Positions 23,606 through 35,328 of a stretch of DNA of 64,000 bases are shown in pieces. Source of the stretch: Minutocellus sp. GHC0000111. Taxonomy: Eukaryota. Numbering within the stretch: position 1 is the first letter of the stretch; every line of letters starts with the position of its first letter. The notes beneath the pieces were generated by a model that made no database searches, was not told where the DNA came from, and saw only the letters and a list, made by a program, of their open reading frames with translations. The translations under genes were made by a program, and so were the position numbers. The DNA lies in contig OZ361259.1 of NCBI GenBank assembly GCA_977018835.1, positions 3,286,001-3,350,000 of the forward strand. The letters run 5' to 3'.

Positions 23606-24163
23606 TTATACTGAAGAAGATACCAACAAAGTTTGGTAACCCGGGTGCCTTTGCTCTTTTCTTGACCATATTCGGGACGTGAGAGGGAACTCTGTGCAAT
23701 CTGCTTGGCGTCGAAAGTAGCCAGGCAAAGCTGATCTACCACCGATGCTAAAAGCTAAATTGGAACGGCGTCGGACAAAAACCCTTGTCACTTTTTGCAA
23801 AGTTCTCATTTGACGCATTCTATCGGTATGCCCAATTCAGGGACGTTCTTCACGGCACTCTAATACGCAGTACCGGTAGTAGTCGTCAACCATCGCATGC
23901 GACTTACAGAGATACAGATGGATGGAAGATAAGAGATGGTCTGTCCGTCACCTTCCCATCACCCATCGCAGCAGCAGCAGCAGCAGCTCTCAGCAGAAGA
24001 TCTCCAGAAGCACAGACGCGCGCCTCAGAACTCATCGCAGATTGCACCCGCCAGAGACGAAGCGAACAGGTACGGAGTGAATCAACTCAGTCCTCGAGGG
24101 GTTGCAAAGAAGAGAAGCGGTTGATCACGAAAGGAAACCTATCCTAATCTGAGCCTCCCAATC

Positions 24164-24949
24164 ATGGCCTCTCTCAACATATCCGCGGCGGCTGTTAATG
24201 CCAAGGAATTCCCACCCGACAAGAACGAAAAATGGGCTGGCATACCACTGGATCACGATCAGTGGGTCCACACGCACAATGCGCTTCGCGTCGAGATGCG
24301 GTCTATGATTGAGGCCCTGGACTCGATGGCTGGGCGACTGAAGACCGAGCGAAATGTGCCAGAGTGGGCAGCAGCTACTATCGGAGCGTGGTGGGAGGGA
24401 CACGTGGCCCATGCCGTCGATCACTGTGAGGCAGAGGAAAAGATGTACCGGCCCTTGCTGAGCACTCGCTTTGTTTGGCCAAAGGAGATTGAAACCATTC
24501 ACAATCAGCTCGACTTTGTTCGCGATAAGGTCGGCAGAGCTGTGTCCAATTTGAGCTCAGACAAGGCATCTCTATCGGCCCTCCGAAATGCAATGGCGGC
24601 TTATGAGAAGACCATGCTTGCGCATTTCGCCGTCGAAGAGAGGGCAGCCCTTCCTCTGATGCGTGAGTACTTCCCGCCCAACCCAGAGATATCAACGCTT
24701 CAGCGAAAAATGCTGGAAAGTGCCCCCGATAATGCCATGGGTGCTCTCATATATGCCATGGGACCGGAGAGGTTTCGATCTGAATTCATGAAAGAACGGG
24801 CGATACCTTTCTTCGTTTGGCACGTGGCTTTCAAAGGTCGATTGGCACGTTACGAGACAGAAATGGTGTCCAAAGTGAAGGCTATTAAAAACGTCGTGAA
24901 GCCCGAGGAGCCGCCAGAAAAGAAGGGCGGGTGGTTCCGATCGGTGTAA
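24164..24949 (+). CDS. Hemerythrin-like (HHE cation-binding) protein
   Basis: WVHTHNALR, HAVDHCEAEEKMYRP, IH, HFAVEE His/Glu ligand pattern. Confidence 0.75.
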   Translation: MASLNISAAAVNAKEFPPDKNEKWAGIPLDHDQWVHTHNALRVEMRSMIEALDSMAGRLKTERNVPEWAAATIGAWWEGHVAHAVDHCEAEEKMYRPLLSTRFVWPKEIETIHNQLDFVRDKVGRAVSNLSSDKASLSALRNAMAAYEKTMLAHFAVEERAALPLMREYFPPNPEISTLQRKMLESAPDNAMGALIYAMGPERFRSEFMKERAIPFFVWHVAFKGRLARYETEMVSKVKAIKNVVKPEEPPEKKGGWFRSV

Positions 24950-25284
24950 TATAACTGCTTTGGTTGTTGGACTTGAAAGAGGTTTTACAAATGAAAGAGA
25001 TATTTTGGAAATGAAAAGTAATGGTTCCATTGGTACATTCTATTCCATGGGATAAGCTAAACTTTGTACCTGTACCAAGAAGGGCATGGCGATCTACGGT
25101 AGCTCTAAGGTACCAAAGGGTACACTACGCCACATTACTCTGGACAATACTACACGTAACTGGCTGATTGCTCAGCTCTTAGAAATGTAAGATGCAAACA
25201 TCGAACAGGATTGAGAGTAACAAACATTATGTACATCAAGTGGTTAATATTCTACATGTATTTCAGGTGAGGGATAAGTTGCAT

Positions 25285-25779
25285 TCACGAATAAATGACA
25301 TTCTTCTTGACAAATTCGGCATCAAGATGTGCCTTTTGCACGGCACGATCCCGAGCGCGCTTCGACAGCCTTGAAGAAGTGGCGGCAAAGTTCCTTGATG
25401 AATGTAGTTCATTCTTCGACTGTTCGGCGAGGACAGCTTGGACCAAAGTATCTCTCTCGTGTGTGAGTTCTCGAAAGATGTTGATATCTCTCAAATGTTC
25501 CAGGCCCCGTGTGCAGAGCCCATCATGCGTCGACTCGTCACATCCTCTTCGCATGTACTTGGTTGTTCGTTTGATATCCTTTTGCATACGGCAATGGTCT
25601 CGAGGGGTGAGCCAGCACTTTTCCATTTCGACATCGGTATAGCTTTGAAGACTTAGCACTTCGTGGATGACGACGGTTTCTACAAAGGCTACTTTGTTGC
25701 GATGGGAACGAAAATTGGCCGAGCGGGCATCGTTGTGGTGGGCAGGAAGCCGAAGGCGATGGAACGAGTGCTCTTTCAT
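25285..25779 (-). CDS. Hypothetical protein, same family as 20893-21480
   Basis: KVAF...CW....DIKRT...CTRGLEHL...AVLAEQ...ARDRAVQKAHLDA. Confidence 0.65.
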   Translation of the reverse strand: MKEHSFHRLRLPAHHNDARSANFRSHRNKVAFVETVVIHEVLSLQSYTDVEMEKCWLTPRDHCRMQKDIKRTTKYMRRGCDESTHDGLCTRGLEHLRDINIFRELTHERDTLVQAVLAEQSKNELHSSRNFAATSSRLSKRARDRAVQKAHLDAEFVKKNVIYS

Positions 25780-26506
25780 CCTTCGGGTAGGTGGGTTCGA
25801 TCAACTCACTACTTCGAGTACAGCTCTGTGGCAACGCTTTTGAGGAAACTGTCCGAGCATTATGCCTTTTTTGGTTTTCGCGGTAACGCCGATGCATGTA
25901 GGAATTCCTACTTGAACTGGATGACGCAGCAGCATGAACTCTTATGCGTGATCACGTGTAAACACAATGACGCAGGATGCAGCCTTTTGGCGTGTTCCAT
26001 TTGTGTGAGTCAGTTTCATAATCATTCCGGATGCCCGGGTTACACCACATACTTGCAGCATCTCTATTATGCGACATCTTGAAGTTGTGTACAGAGTTAC
26101 TAAGGGCGCCGTTTTTTTTGTGTGTCTTTCAGCCTCGTTCTGTGATAGGATACTCCCGCCAATAAACATGCCGGAAAGTTTGACACTCCCGCCACTTGAC
26201 CCGGCTGGCCGGCGATGTTGGCAAGTGCGGACTTTCTTTTTCCAGCGGTGAGCCTACACTGAAATTGAGTCAGTCCAAAATCATTGATACGACCAGCTTA
26301 TTGCAGAGCACAAAAATCGTCCCACCAACGGATTTTCGCGATCCTTGAAGTAGAAATCGGGATCAATCGAGTGCCCCTTCCTCTTGCGTTGCGCGTGACG
26401 ATGGCCGGCCGACGGTTCGCCCTCTCGCCGCCGCCGACCGCGCGCGCCCCTGCTTCATCGCTGTCTACTCGTTGCGCCTTGCTTGTTGAGAATACACATA
26501 GAAATA

Positions 26507-27543
26507 ATGAAGACTGTTGCCGCCCTTTCCCTTCTTGCCTCGGCTTCGGCCTTTGCCCCTGCCCAGACTGGCTCCAGGGTACGTCATTCGTCGTCGAATA
26601 ATTTCCGAGAAAAGGTTTTTCGTTTTCATGCAGGAAGAGTGCGCGGCCGGCACTCGGTAGCCGATGGCACAGATGATGGAATGTTCTGGAAACTGCACTG
26701 GCAACAAAATGAAAAAAAACTTTGATTGGATTGGCATGGAGAGAGATTTACAAGTGTATCTCTGAAAGCAAAGCATAAGTTGCGCTGCAAGCAAAGCGGA
26801 CGAGCATTTTTGGGAGAGAGCCGAGGCTGCAGCTTCGCTTGTACCTGCTCTTGTGGCGGATATCAGACCAGCTACGTAGCATGCAGAATATCAGGTCCTT
26901 GAACACACAAAGACATTGAATATATCTTTTTTGAATGCAGCACATCTCACATTCCGCATGTGTTTTCTCTTCTTGCCCTACTTTCGTTGCACATAAACAG
27001 GCCGCCACCAGCCTCGCCGCTGAGAAGTCCACCGCCCTCCCCTTCCTCCCCTACCCGGAGAACCTCAAGGGATACGTCGGCGACGTTGGCTTCGATCCCT
27101 TCCGCTTCTCCGACTTCGTCCCCATGGACTTCCTCCGCGAGGCCGAGCTCAAGCACGGCCGCATCTGCATGATGGCCTGGCTCGGCTTCTGCGCCGTCGA
27201 CTGCGGCCTTCGCGTCTACCCCCTCCCCGAGGCCTACGAGGGCCTCACCTCCGTCACCGCCCACGACGCCCTCGTCGAGTACGGCGCCATGGGCCAGCTC
27301 TTCCTCTGGTTCGGCCTCGCCGAGGTCATTGGCACCGTCGCCCTCATGCAGACCCTCAACGGATCCGGCCGCGCCGCCGGTGACTACGGCCTCGACCCCG
27401 TCGGCTTCCTCAAGGACAAGTCCGAGGAGGAGATCAACGACATGAAGCTCAAGGAGATCAAGAACGGCCGTCTTGCCATGCTTGCCTTCTCCGGCGTCGT
27501 CACCCAGGCCGTCCTTACCCAGGGCCCCTTCCCCTACGTATAA
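26507..27543 (+). CDS. Lhcr: Light-harvesting complex protein (Lhcr-type fucoxanthin-chlorophyll a/c protein); exons 26507-26578 and 27001-27543
   Basis: MKTVAALSLLASASAFAP presequence; GDVGFDP, REAELKHGRICMMA, KEIKNGRLAMLA. GT..AG intron 26579-27000. Strong C-ending codon bias. Confidence 0.95.
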
Positions 27544-27944
27544 ACGCCCGGCTGTTCGCCTTTTTGGCTAATGATGGAGGCGAAGTACGTTTGAAGAATA
27601 CTAAATGCATGCATATTATACAACCAAACCAAAATTTATTGCCTCGTTTCTTGGAACGAGATAAAATCCGGTTCAGCAGATCGGAGATATCTGAGATGCT
27701 TTGAGTACTGTGAACCAACTCAAATAACAACAATTCCTGGGCGGTTCTGAAGAAGGGCTGTCCGGAAAGGCTAAGAGGTCTTGCACTTGCGATAACTACG
27801 TAAGGCCTTGAGGGAAACGTAACATTTCAAGCAGCAACGGTAGAAACAACAGGATCTACATCTCTTGCATTTTGATTCTGCGATTCAATGTAGGAATTGG
27901 CATAAAATTAGAATGGAAGGAGATGGATATAGCAACTGACTTTT

Positions 27945-28972
27945 TTAGTAGAAATCGTCGCCGCTTTCTTGCTGCTTTTGTCGTCGTTTCTTCTTTTCCT
28001 TCAGTTGTTCTCTCCTCTTGGCTTGACTCTGCTTATCCGCCGCTGCTGTTCTTTTCTTGTTCTTTGCTCTGACTCCTCCCTTTCGATAGCCCATCTCGTC
28101 CCATTTTCCGCCGGATTCTTCTCTAGCCTGCTTGAGTTCATCGTTGACATCCTCTGGATTACCAACGAGAGTAGGGCCCTCCTGACGAAGCTTCACTGCA
28201 CCCGGGGGGGGGGGCTCCCCGTGGTTTCTGAATGTGCTTTGGCTCAGCAGTTGTTACGGGCGCCCTACGTTCAGTTCTGGCATCCGAGTAGAAAGCAGCG
28301 AGATTTGCAGCAAATTGCAAATCATCATCAGTTGGTTTGACACTCCTTCTTCGAACGCACAGCAAAACGTGCGCACCAGGGCAACCTCGTGCATGAAACC
28401 ACACATCATCTTGCCGTGCCTCCTTGAAGCATATGGCTTCGTTCTGACGCTTATTCCGGCCGACCAGTACCTGCAGACCAGACGGTGAAATGAATTTCCG
28501 ATATGTCTGGTTCTCTTTTTTTAACTTGTCTTGGCGTTTGGCGCTGGATTGTCTGCCGGAGCCAGCCTCTCCATCATCGAGGGATGGCATTTGGAATCCC
28601 GTCTTGCTCGAGGTACGTTCTAGTCGTTCCTGTATCAACACAAGCATACCCTCATCGTTAGCTTTGCCGGCAGCCTCCAGATCCATCTGAGCATCGCTTA
28701 ATATATCTTCTGCCTCGACACAGCCTACCATCAACTCTTGAATTACCTTGGACCCACGCTTCATCTTCCGACCCATGGCGAACAAGGCATCGGCCTCCTC
28801 CTGTGCCGAAGAATAGTCCTTGGTGTTGAGTTCCAACGTTACCAGCTCACCGCCGTTGTCCCAGTCTTCCACGTCGATGATCGTTGTTCCGGCAGGAAGT
28901 CGATACAAATTCGATATGATCAGATTGGCACGAGACATGGTGGCTTCAAGACTCTCTGCCTTGTCGCCCCCC
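27945..28972 (-). CDS. NFACT/RqcH-like protein, C-terminal part (NFACT-R/DUF814); 5' end apparently missing; frameshift in the G-run at ~28204-28214
   Basis: VLVGRNKRQNE, VWFHARGCPGAHVLL, AANLAAFYS, KPRGAP.GAVKL. Upstream in-frame TAG near 28973. Confidence 0.75.
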
Positions 28973-29098
28973 TAAGCCATGAGTTGGGGAAGCTCCCGCC
29001 TCCCGCCCGTGTCTGCATGGAGGTTGAACTCAAAACATTTGCTCTCAATCAGCTCTCGAGCTCCAGTCCGCAAAGCGCCATCGAATCAATATTGTAGC

Positions 29099-29617
29099 AT
29101 GGCTCGATATAATCACCTCTTGTTGATGGCCACCATTGCCGCCATCGTCTCTACCGCATCGGCATTCGTCGCACCAGCAAGCCTCACATGCAGCAGCAGA
29201 AGCACGGAGCTGCATGCCCTGCCGATGCCATCCTCGTCATCAGCGTTCGCACATATTGGAGGCTTCCTCATATCTGCCGCAGATGATATTGGCATCGAGG
29301 AGGCATTCAAGGATGACATACAATTCCTCGATCCGACGATCAAGTTGGAGCTGGGCATCTTTGGCGTCGTCGTGCTGCTTCTTGTGGCGGCGAATGCTCT
29401 CCTCGGTCAGATGGATACTGCCATTGAAAAGGTGTTGGGTGACTTTCAAAGGGCAATGAAGAGCAAGTATGCAAGTAGATGGATTGAGATCGAGGAAGAA
29501 CTGGACGGGTTGGAAGGTGCCGAGCGAACACAGAAGCTAGGGGCTATCATGGAAAGAATGCAAACTGAGGAACCAAAACTGATGGAACGGGTCAATGCAG
29601 ATATGTCTTCATATTAG
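29099..29617 (+). CDS. Plastid-targeted hypothetical protein with one transmembrane helix
   Basis: TASAFVAP presequence; hydrophobic LGIFGVVVLLLVAA segment. Confidence 0.7.
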   Translation: MARYNHLLLMATIAAIVSTASAFVAPASLTCSSRSTELHALPMPSSSSAFAHIGGFLISAADDIGIEEAFKDDIQFLDPTIKLELGIFGVVVLLLVAANALLGQMDTAIEKVLGDFQRAMKSKYASRWIEIEEELDGLEGAERTQKLGAIMERMQTEEPKLMERVNADMSSY

Positions 29618-29747
29618 GAGCTGTTGAAGGATAAAAAAAAGCATATCGTACCACGTGGAATGCCGCGCGTAGCTTCATTTACATGCAGTTATCTTTTGTT
29701 AGTGGATCTATCCACGTTCTATGGATTTATCAAATATTTATCGGTGT

Positions 29748-30609
29748 CTATTTCTCGATTCGTTCCAACGTCAAGACGACGTGACAGCTCAAACTGCGAA
29801 GCTCACCAACACTATCCACCCTCTCATGCGTTCGGGCCTTGATGTTGACCCGTCCCGGCGTGGTCTTGAGCAGCTTGACGATATTGTCCTTCATCCCCGG
29901 CTTGAAGTTGGCCACCTTGGGCCGCTCCAAAATCAACGTCACGTCAATGTTGCCAATCTGATATCCATAGTCGGTCATCACCTCGTAGGCGTGTTCCATA
30001 AATTTGGACGAATCGCAACCCTTCCATCGGGGATCAGAATCCTGGAAAACCTGGCCGATATCGGGAAGTGTCAATGCACCAAAGATCCCATCGACGATGG
30101 AGTGATATATCACATCGCCGTCTGAATGTGCCACCACTCCCAACTGAGTTTCGTAAATGCCGCCCTTTTCCACGTATTTGCCCTCCGCGTCGGTCCACTG
30201 GCATTGATGAGAGTCATCGCGTCATCATCAGTTAAATGAAAAGTTGGTATCAAGGATAAGTTTATGGTGATTGTCACGGTACATATCCAAATCAAAGCAC
30301 ATCCATCTATCCGTGCGTCAAACTCACCTTTTGGTCCTTGTGGGGGATGGTAACGCCTCCAATGACTACCGGCTGACCAGCTTCTTCGAGCGGCGCCATT
30401 CGATGGATGTCGAATCCATGACCGACTCGAAGTGGCAGCGGTTCAATTTCGTACTTGGGCTTGAGAATGTCATCATCATCACCTTCCTCGGCAAAGAGTT
30501 GGCTGTTGGAGATGATGGAACGACTGGCGATCGAGGATCTCGTCGGCGCAAAGGCATTGGAATGGCACAGGCCAAGGCCCAGAAGGAGAGCGATGCTGAT
30601 GAGGCGCAT
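29748..30609 (-). CDS. ispF: 2-C-methyl-D-erythritol 2,4-cyclodiphosphate synthase, plastid; exons 30609-30328 and 30197-29748
   Basis: RVGHGFDIH, AHSDGDVIYHSIVDGIFGAL..PDIGQ.F, NIDVTLILERPK, VNIKARTHE. SNAFAP presequence. 130-nt GT..AG intron. Confidence 0.95.
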
Positions 30610-31153
30610 ATTGGTTGAAAGGATAAAAGCTCGGAACAATTCACAACTTGTATCTCTGTTTCGTTTCAAAGCTATTGGCTTGCTTGCCGGGGCGTTTGAA
30701 CTTAGCTCGCTCCCCGGGCTTTGAACTTTGAACTCTCTCTGCTAAATTTTGACATGCGCTGACGAATGCGTGAAGAACGGAAAGACCGATATCACTCTCG
30801 AATTGCACATTTACTTCTATTTTAGCGTCAACACGAAATAGATAGGAGTAAGTCAGTATGATGATGGTGCGGGAACAGAGGCATCACACTTCAGAAACCT
30901 CCGCTCTCCGCCGCCGCAAGGAGACGCAGTGACGTTTGCGACTTTTCGTGCGACAGGCCCAATTTCTAAACTGCCGGCAGCCATGAAAAAGTCCGGAGGT
31001 GAAGGCCCCGCATCTGGAAAGGCAAGTGTGTCTTGACTTTCCTCGCCTGCGGCCACGCTGTTACACGTAGGGTTATGGAAGCTCACTCCTTACGCAACAC
31101 AACGATAAGGGCGAAGAGCAAATGCAAAACCTTGCCCTGATCGCTTGAGATAC

Positions 31154-32428
31154 ATGCCAAGCATCATGTATCGCAAGCACCATCACATGGACATGTCGTC
31201 CATGCCCAACGGCGGAGTCGGGGGCGACCCGCTCCGTGCGGCCCGTCGTTCGAGCACCTCCTCTACCAGTAGCTCCGGAAGCGCCGCCAGACATCTCAAG
31301 AGCGCCGTTCGCAAGGTCGATAATCTTACTACTATACGAATATGTGCCTCGCCTCCGGCCAAGGATGTCCAAGAGCATCGATCGAGGCTGCTCAACAGGC
31401 TTGGTATTTACGGCAAAACCAGCGACATCGACGACCAGAACCGGCGGTGTCAGCGATAATAGGCGCAGCAAAATTTCAGAAAGCCAACAAGACGAAAGCT
31501 CCGGCAAAAGTCCCATTCCAAGTGGCATCGAACGGTCACTTCAAAGGGCAGCAACGTATGCCTCGCATTCGTCTTCCTCGCATTCTGCTTCACGTCAGCG
31601 CCGTCCATCCGACTGCTCGACCTCCTCTTGCACGTCTTCCTCCGCCGAAACGATACGACGAACGTCCGACGAGTCGGTCTCGTTGGGGCAAATACCCAGC
31701 TGTTCCTATCGCATCGCTGACGTACCGCGTGATCCAGCAACCGTTCGCAAAATGAACATGCTCCGATCCCTCGGCGTCGGTGGTATCCGTTCTTCGGCCG
31801 ATAATTTCCCCCGAACGGCCGTACCGGTTTGCTTCGACAGCTCCAACGGGGACATGGGGACCATCGTCAAGGGTGCCAGCCGACCACAGATAACTGATAT
31901 TCAGCCCCTCGTCGAACCTCTCAAGTACAAGGAGGACGAACCAACATTGTTGTCGTCTTCTGCGCTGAAACTATTGAACCCCATCCGCAGATTGAGTTTG
32001 GCGAGTACCTGCAGCACATCTGCCTCCTCCATCCCTTCTACTGGCAGCAACGATGGTAACTCGGCACCGCCGAAATCTACCAAACATGCCAACAACAAAA
32101 AAGTCCATCAAATTTGCTCCCTCGGTGTCTGTCGTCCAAATTCCCATGAGAACTGAATACTCCTCCCGCATCGCCACCCGTCTTTGGTCGTCTCGGACCG
32201 AAATTCGAGACAATGCCAACCGCAACGTCATCAAAGTTCTCCGCCGAGAAGTGGGACTGGCGCAATGTCGTCGAAGACGATGGCATGTTCGTCTGCACCG
32301 TCAGTGGGGAACTCGTCCATCCCGTCCACTGTCGAGATTTTTACCAAAAGGCTGCGGCTGCAGCTGATGCCAACCTTCCCCGGACCGAGTGCTTTGATTC
32401 GGAGGAGATTGGTTTCTCCTTGGACTAG
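31154..32428 (+). CDS. Ser-rich hypothetical protein with a conserved-looking C-terminal domain; about 3 frameshifts
   Basis: Segments in successive frames: RLLNRLGI; Ser-rich linker; IKFAPSVSVVQIPMRTEYS.RI..RLW...EI..NA.RN; FSAEKWDWRNVVEDDGM...GELVHPVH. Confidence 0.6.
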
Positions 32429-32806
32429 ACAGGCACGGCCCTTATCTCTGTTTCCCTACTATCCGTTCTCTGTACACTGCATATTGACCATACCACTACA
32501 CATGACGCGGCATCAAGAATTACTTCTACACATGCGCCGCAATTTATAAACTTTTGGGCAACCGACGCCTTGGCTGCAATCTCAACCCCCGCTACAATTT
32601 TATTGACTTTTTGTGATAACATTTTTGGCATAGCCAACACAAGGTTTAACGCTTCGGCTACAATCAGAAATCATCATGTCGTGCTATTAGCTAGCTAACT
32701 ACGGCTATGAACTTTCATTTTACCGGCTTACCGATGATTTTTATGTACTGTATGCTAGAAATTTCTAGATGGTTACCTTTGATATTTGCAACAAGCAAGC
32801 TAGAGT

Positions 32807-34460
32807 CTAATAGACCTCGGACAGTGACCCATCCTTGAGCACTCTCATCTTGTGCAGAGCACGGCATGTGAGGCAAGGTAATTCTTTGATAATGCGTCTA
32901 CCAGCGCGAGCCTTCTGTTTGTCACTTTCGGGAACCTTACCACTGCAATCATAGTATTGTTGGCAGCAGCGATGATGAAAAAAGTGCCCACATTTCAAAG
33001 GTTTGACAACACCTCCGCTCTCAGAGCCAATAAGAGGCTCGTAGCAAATGGGACATTCATCGCTAATCTCTCGGCCGGTTTTTCGTAACGCTGTCATTAG
33101 GAGGATTGTGCTGTTTTCGTCTTCCTTTTTGTCATCTTCTGAGATCGGTGCATATTTAGGCGAAGACTGCGTGATCCATTGCATTCTTCTTGTCTGGATA
33201 AGTTCACGCAACAGGGCAATCTGCATTTCAGTATCATCGGCGATCGTAGCAGCATGAAGGCATGAAGACAAAAGGCGCATCGAAATTGAAAACGCATTTC
33301 GGCTATTTGGATGGATCAGAGTCTTGTGTTTCTGCTTGACTAGGTTGCAAAGGTCAACCATGGCTGCTTTATCTATCCCTGACGTGGTGCATGTACATGA
33401 CTTGATCGCCCTGTCAATGGTAACAGCGAGCTCTTTCGAGGCACCATATTTAAAGTCAATCCAGTCAATCGATATTAGCTCGAGTAGAATTTCCACTTCA
33501 AGGAGTAGCCTGCGACCCTTTAGGAAATCCTGCACCTTATCGTTGCAATGAAGATGTTGAACGGCCTCGAGCCCGGTCGACAAGAACTGCCGGGCCTCCG
33601 CCAGCCGCAGACCGGCCATCGGTAGAAAAGTCCTTGAGAGTGGAGGCATATTTCAATGTATTGGAAGAAGAATCGATCATCTCAATCATCATGAGGGCCA
33701 GCCCATGCTTCAACCCTGCCTTGGCACAAAACAGATTCGCTCTCCATCGTGACTCGATTGCCATGGACGACACACCTGCCCCATCAAATCCGGAAGACCC
33801 AGATTCTAAACAGTAGGGCGCACAAAGTTCCGAAACCTCGTTGTACATTTTACCGCACTCTCTGAAATGAATTTTAGCCACGGCCTTGATGGCATTGCGG
33901 GTAGTATTTGATGATGATTCCTTGAGAAGAGCTTTCGAGAGGATCATTTCGGTCTCGGCTGCCGTTACCAAGCACGTGGCGGTCAAATGCGCATCCATGC
34001 CGTTGGTATCTATCGTTTGTTTCAACTCCGTAGCAAGTGGTACCATTTTATCGAAAGATTTTGCCTTTTTCGCGGCCTCCATGCTATTCATTTTGACCTT
34101 GACTTTGTCAGCCACACTGCGATGGTGTTGGATCATTCGCTGAGCATGACCAAGTCGCATAGAAACACAAGGATCATTTTTGTTGAAAGCAAGGGCACGA
34201 TTGCAGTGTTTTCTTGCCATATAGCCCATACCGAGCCTCAAATAGGTTTCAGCGAGGTTCGAGTGTAAAGTAACACCAAGGGATCCGATGGAGTTTACAA
34301 TTGATCTCTTGGCAATCGCCAGATCTATCTGGTTCAGTGAAGCGAGACCATCTTGATACAGCTTGAGGCTGGTGGAAAAGTCATCCTGATTGAATGCTTC
34401 GTTGGCCTCCTCTCTTAGCCGATGTGCTCTATAGAGACTTTGATTGAGATCCGAGCTCAT
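32807..34460 (-). CDS. TPR-like + RING finger protein (putative E3 ligase); one frameshift at ~33630
   Basis: AHRLREEANEAF...HSNLAETYL; CPICYEPL...LKCGHFFHHRCC...CLTCR. Confidence 0.75.
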
Positions 34461-34603
34461 CGTATTGGATAGTTGCGGTACGGTTTGATGTAGAAGTGAG
34501 GAGTTTGGAGAGGTTTTTGCATTTATTCCTCAGTTCGGCCGTGCATGACTGACGAGAAGCGACTGATGAGCCACCATGGTGGCAAACGAATGATGCAATG
34601 GCA

Positions 34604-35053
34604 TTATGTCTCAACCAATCTTCTCGTTGGCCCCTGCTGTGCCGCGGCCATCATCTGGCTCATCACAAATCCTGCCGCACAGCTCATCTTGTCCTTGTCG
34701 TCTTCTTTGGTGTGCTCGTTTGTACCGTCGACATGGCGACAAACCTGCTCGCCCAGCCCCTGGAGCATGTCCCTTCCCATGGTTTCGGAACATTCCTTTG
34801 AACAATTCTGATAGGCATACCGGTACGACTTGCACATGCCCAGCCCTGCCTTTGCCACGTATGCCAAGTACACATCGCCGATGGAGCGGCACGGGCCCGA
34901 TGCGGTGCATAAGTAGGCAGTTGCGGTGTCGATGCGCTGCTGCCGAGGTGAAATGACGGGCTGGCCGGCGTCATCCCCGGAGCTGTTACTAGTATATGAT
35001 TCAGCTGGTGGCTTGGCACTGTCGGCCTGTGAATTCTGGTTGGAAGGAGCCAT
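34604..35053 (-). CDS. Small hypothetical Cys-containing protein
   Basis: 149-aa ATG-initiated ORF filling an otherwise empty interval. No recognised motif. Confidence 0.5.
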   Translation of the reverse strand: MAPSNQNSQADSAKPPAESYTSNSSGDDAGQPVISPRQQRIDTATAYLCTASGPCRSIGDVYLAYVAKAGLGMCKSYRYAYQNCSKECSETMGRDMLQGLGEQVCRHVDGTNEHTKEDDKDKMSCAAGFVMSQMMAAAQQGPTRRLVET

Positions 35054-35328
35054 CTCGGGAGCAGCGCAAGCAAGGAATGGCAGGCATGCCTGATGGCTGT
35101 ACTGGTACTAGGAGTCTCCTAGTATGTAGCGCATGTATGAGATAGTTCGTCGCTACTTTCCTCTCACAATCATTTATGCCCCCGGCGTGAACCTAGAAAC
35201 CACGCCGAACAACGCACCTTTCCTTCTGAACTGACTCCACTTTTGGCTCGGCACATCTGCCCTCTCTCCCACTTCTTGACTCGTACAAGGCAAGTAAGCC
35301 TCACAATTCCACCATAAACCAACCAATC

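Noticed and set aside
26579..27000. Relatively long (422-nt) Lhcr intron as a possible TE or snoRNA host
   Set aside because: No TIR/TSD or convincing box C/D or H/ACA pattern could be identified by eye.
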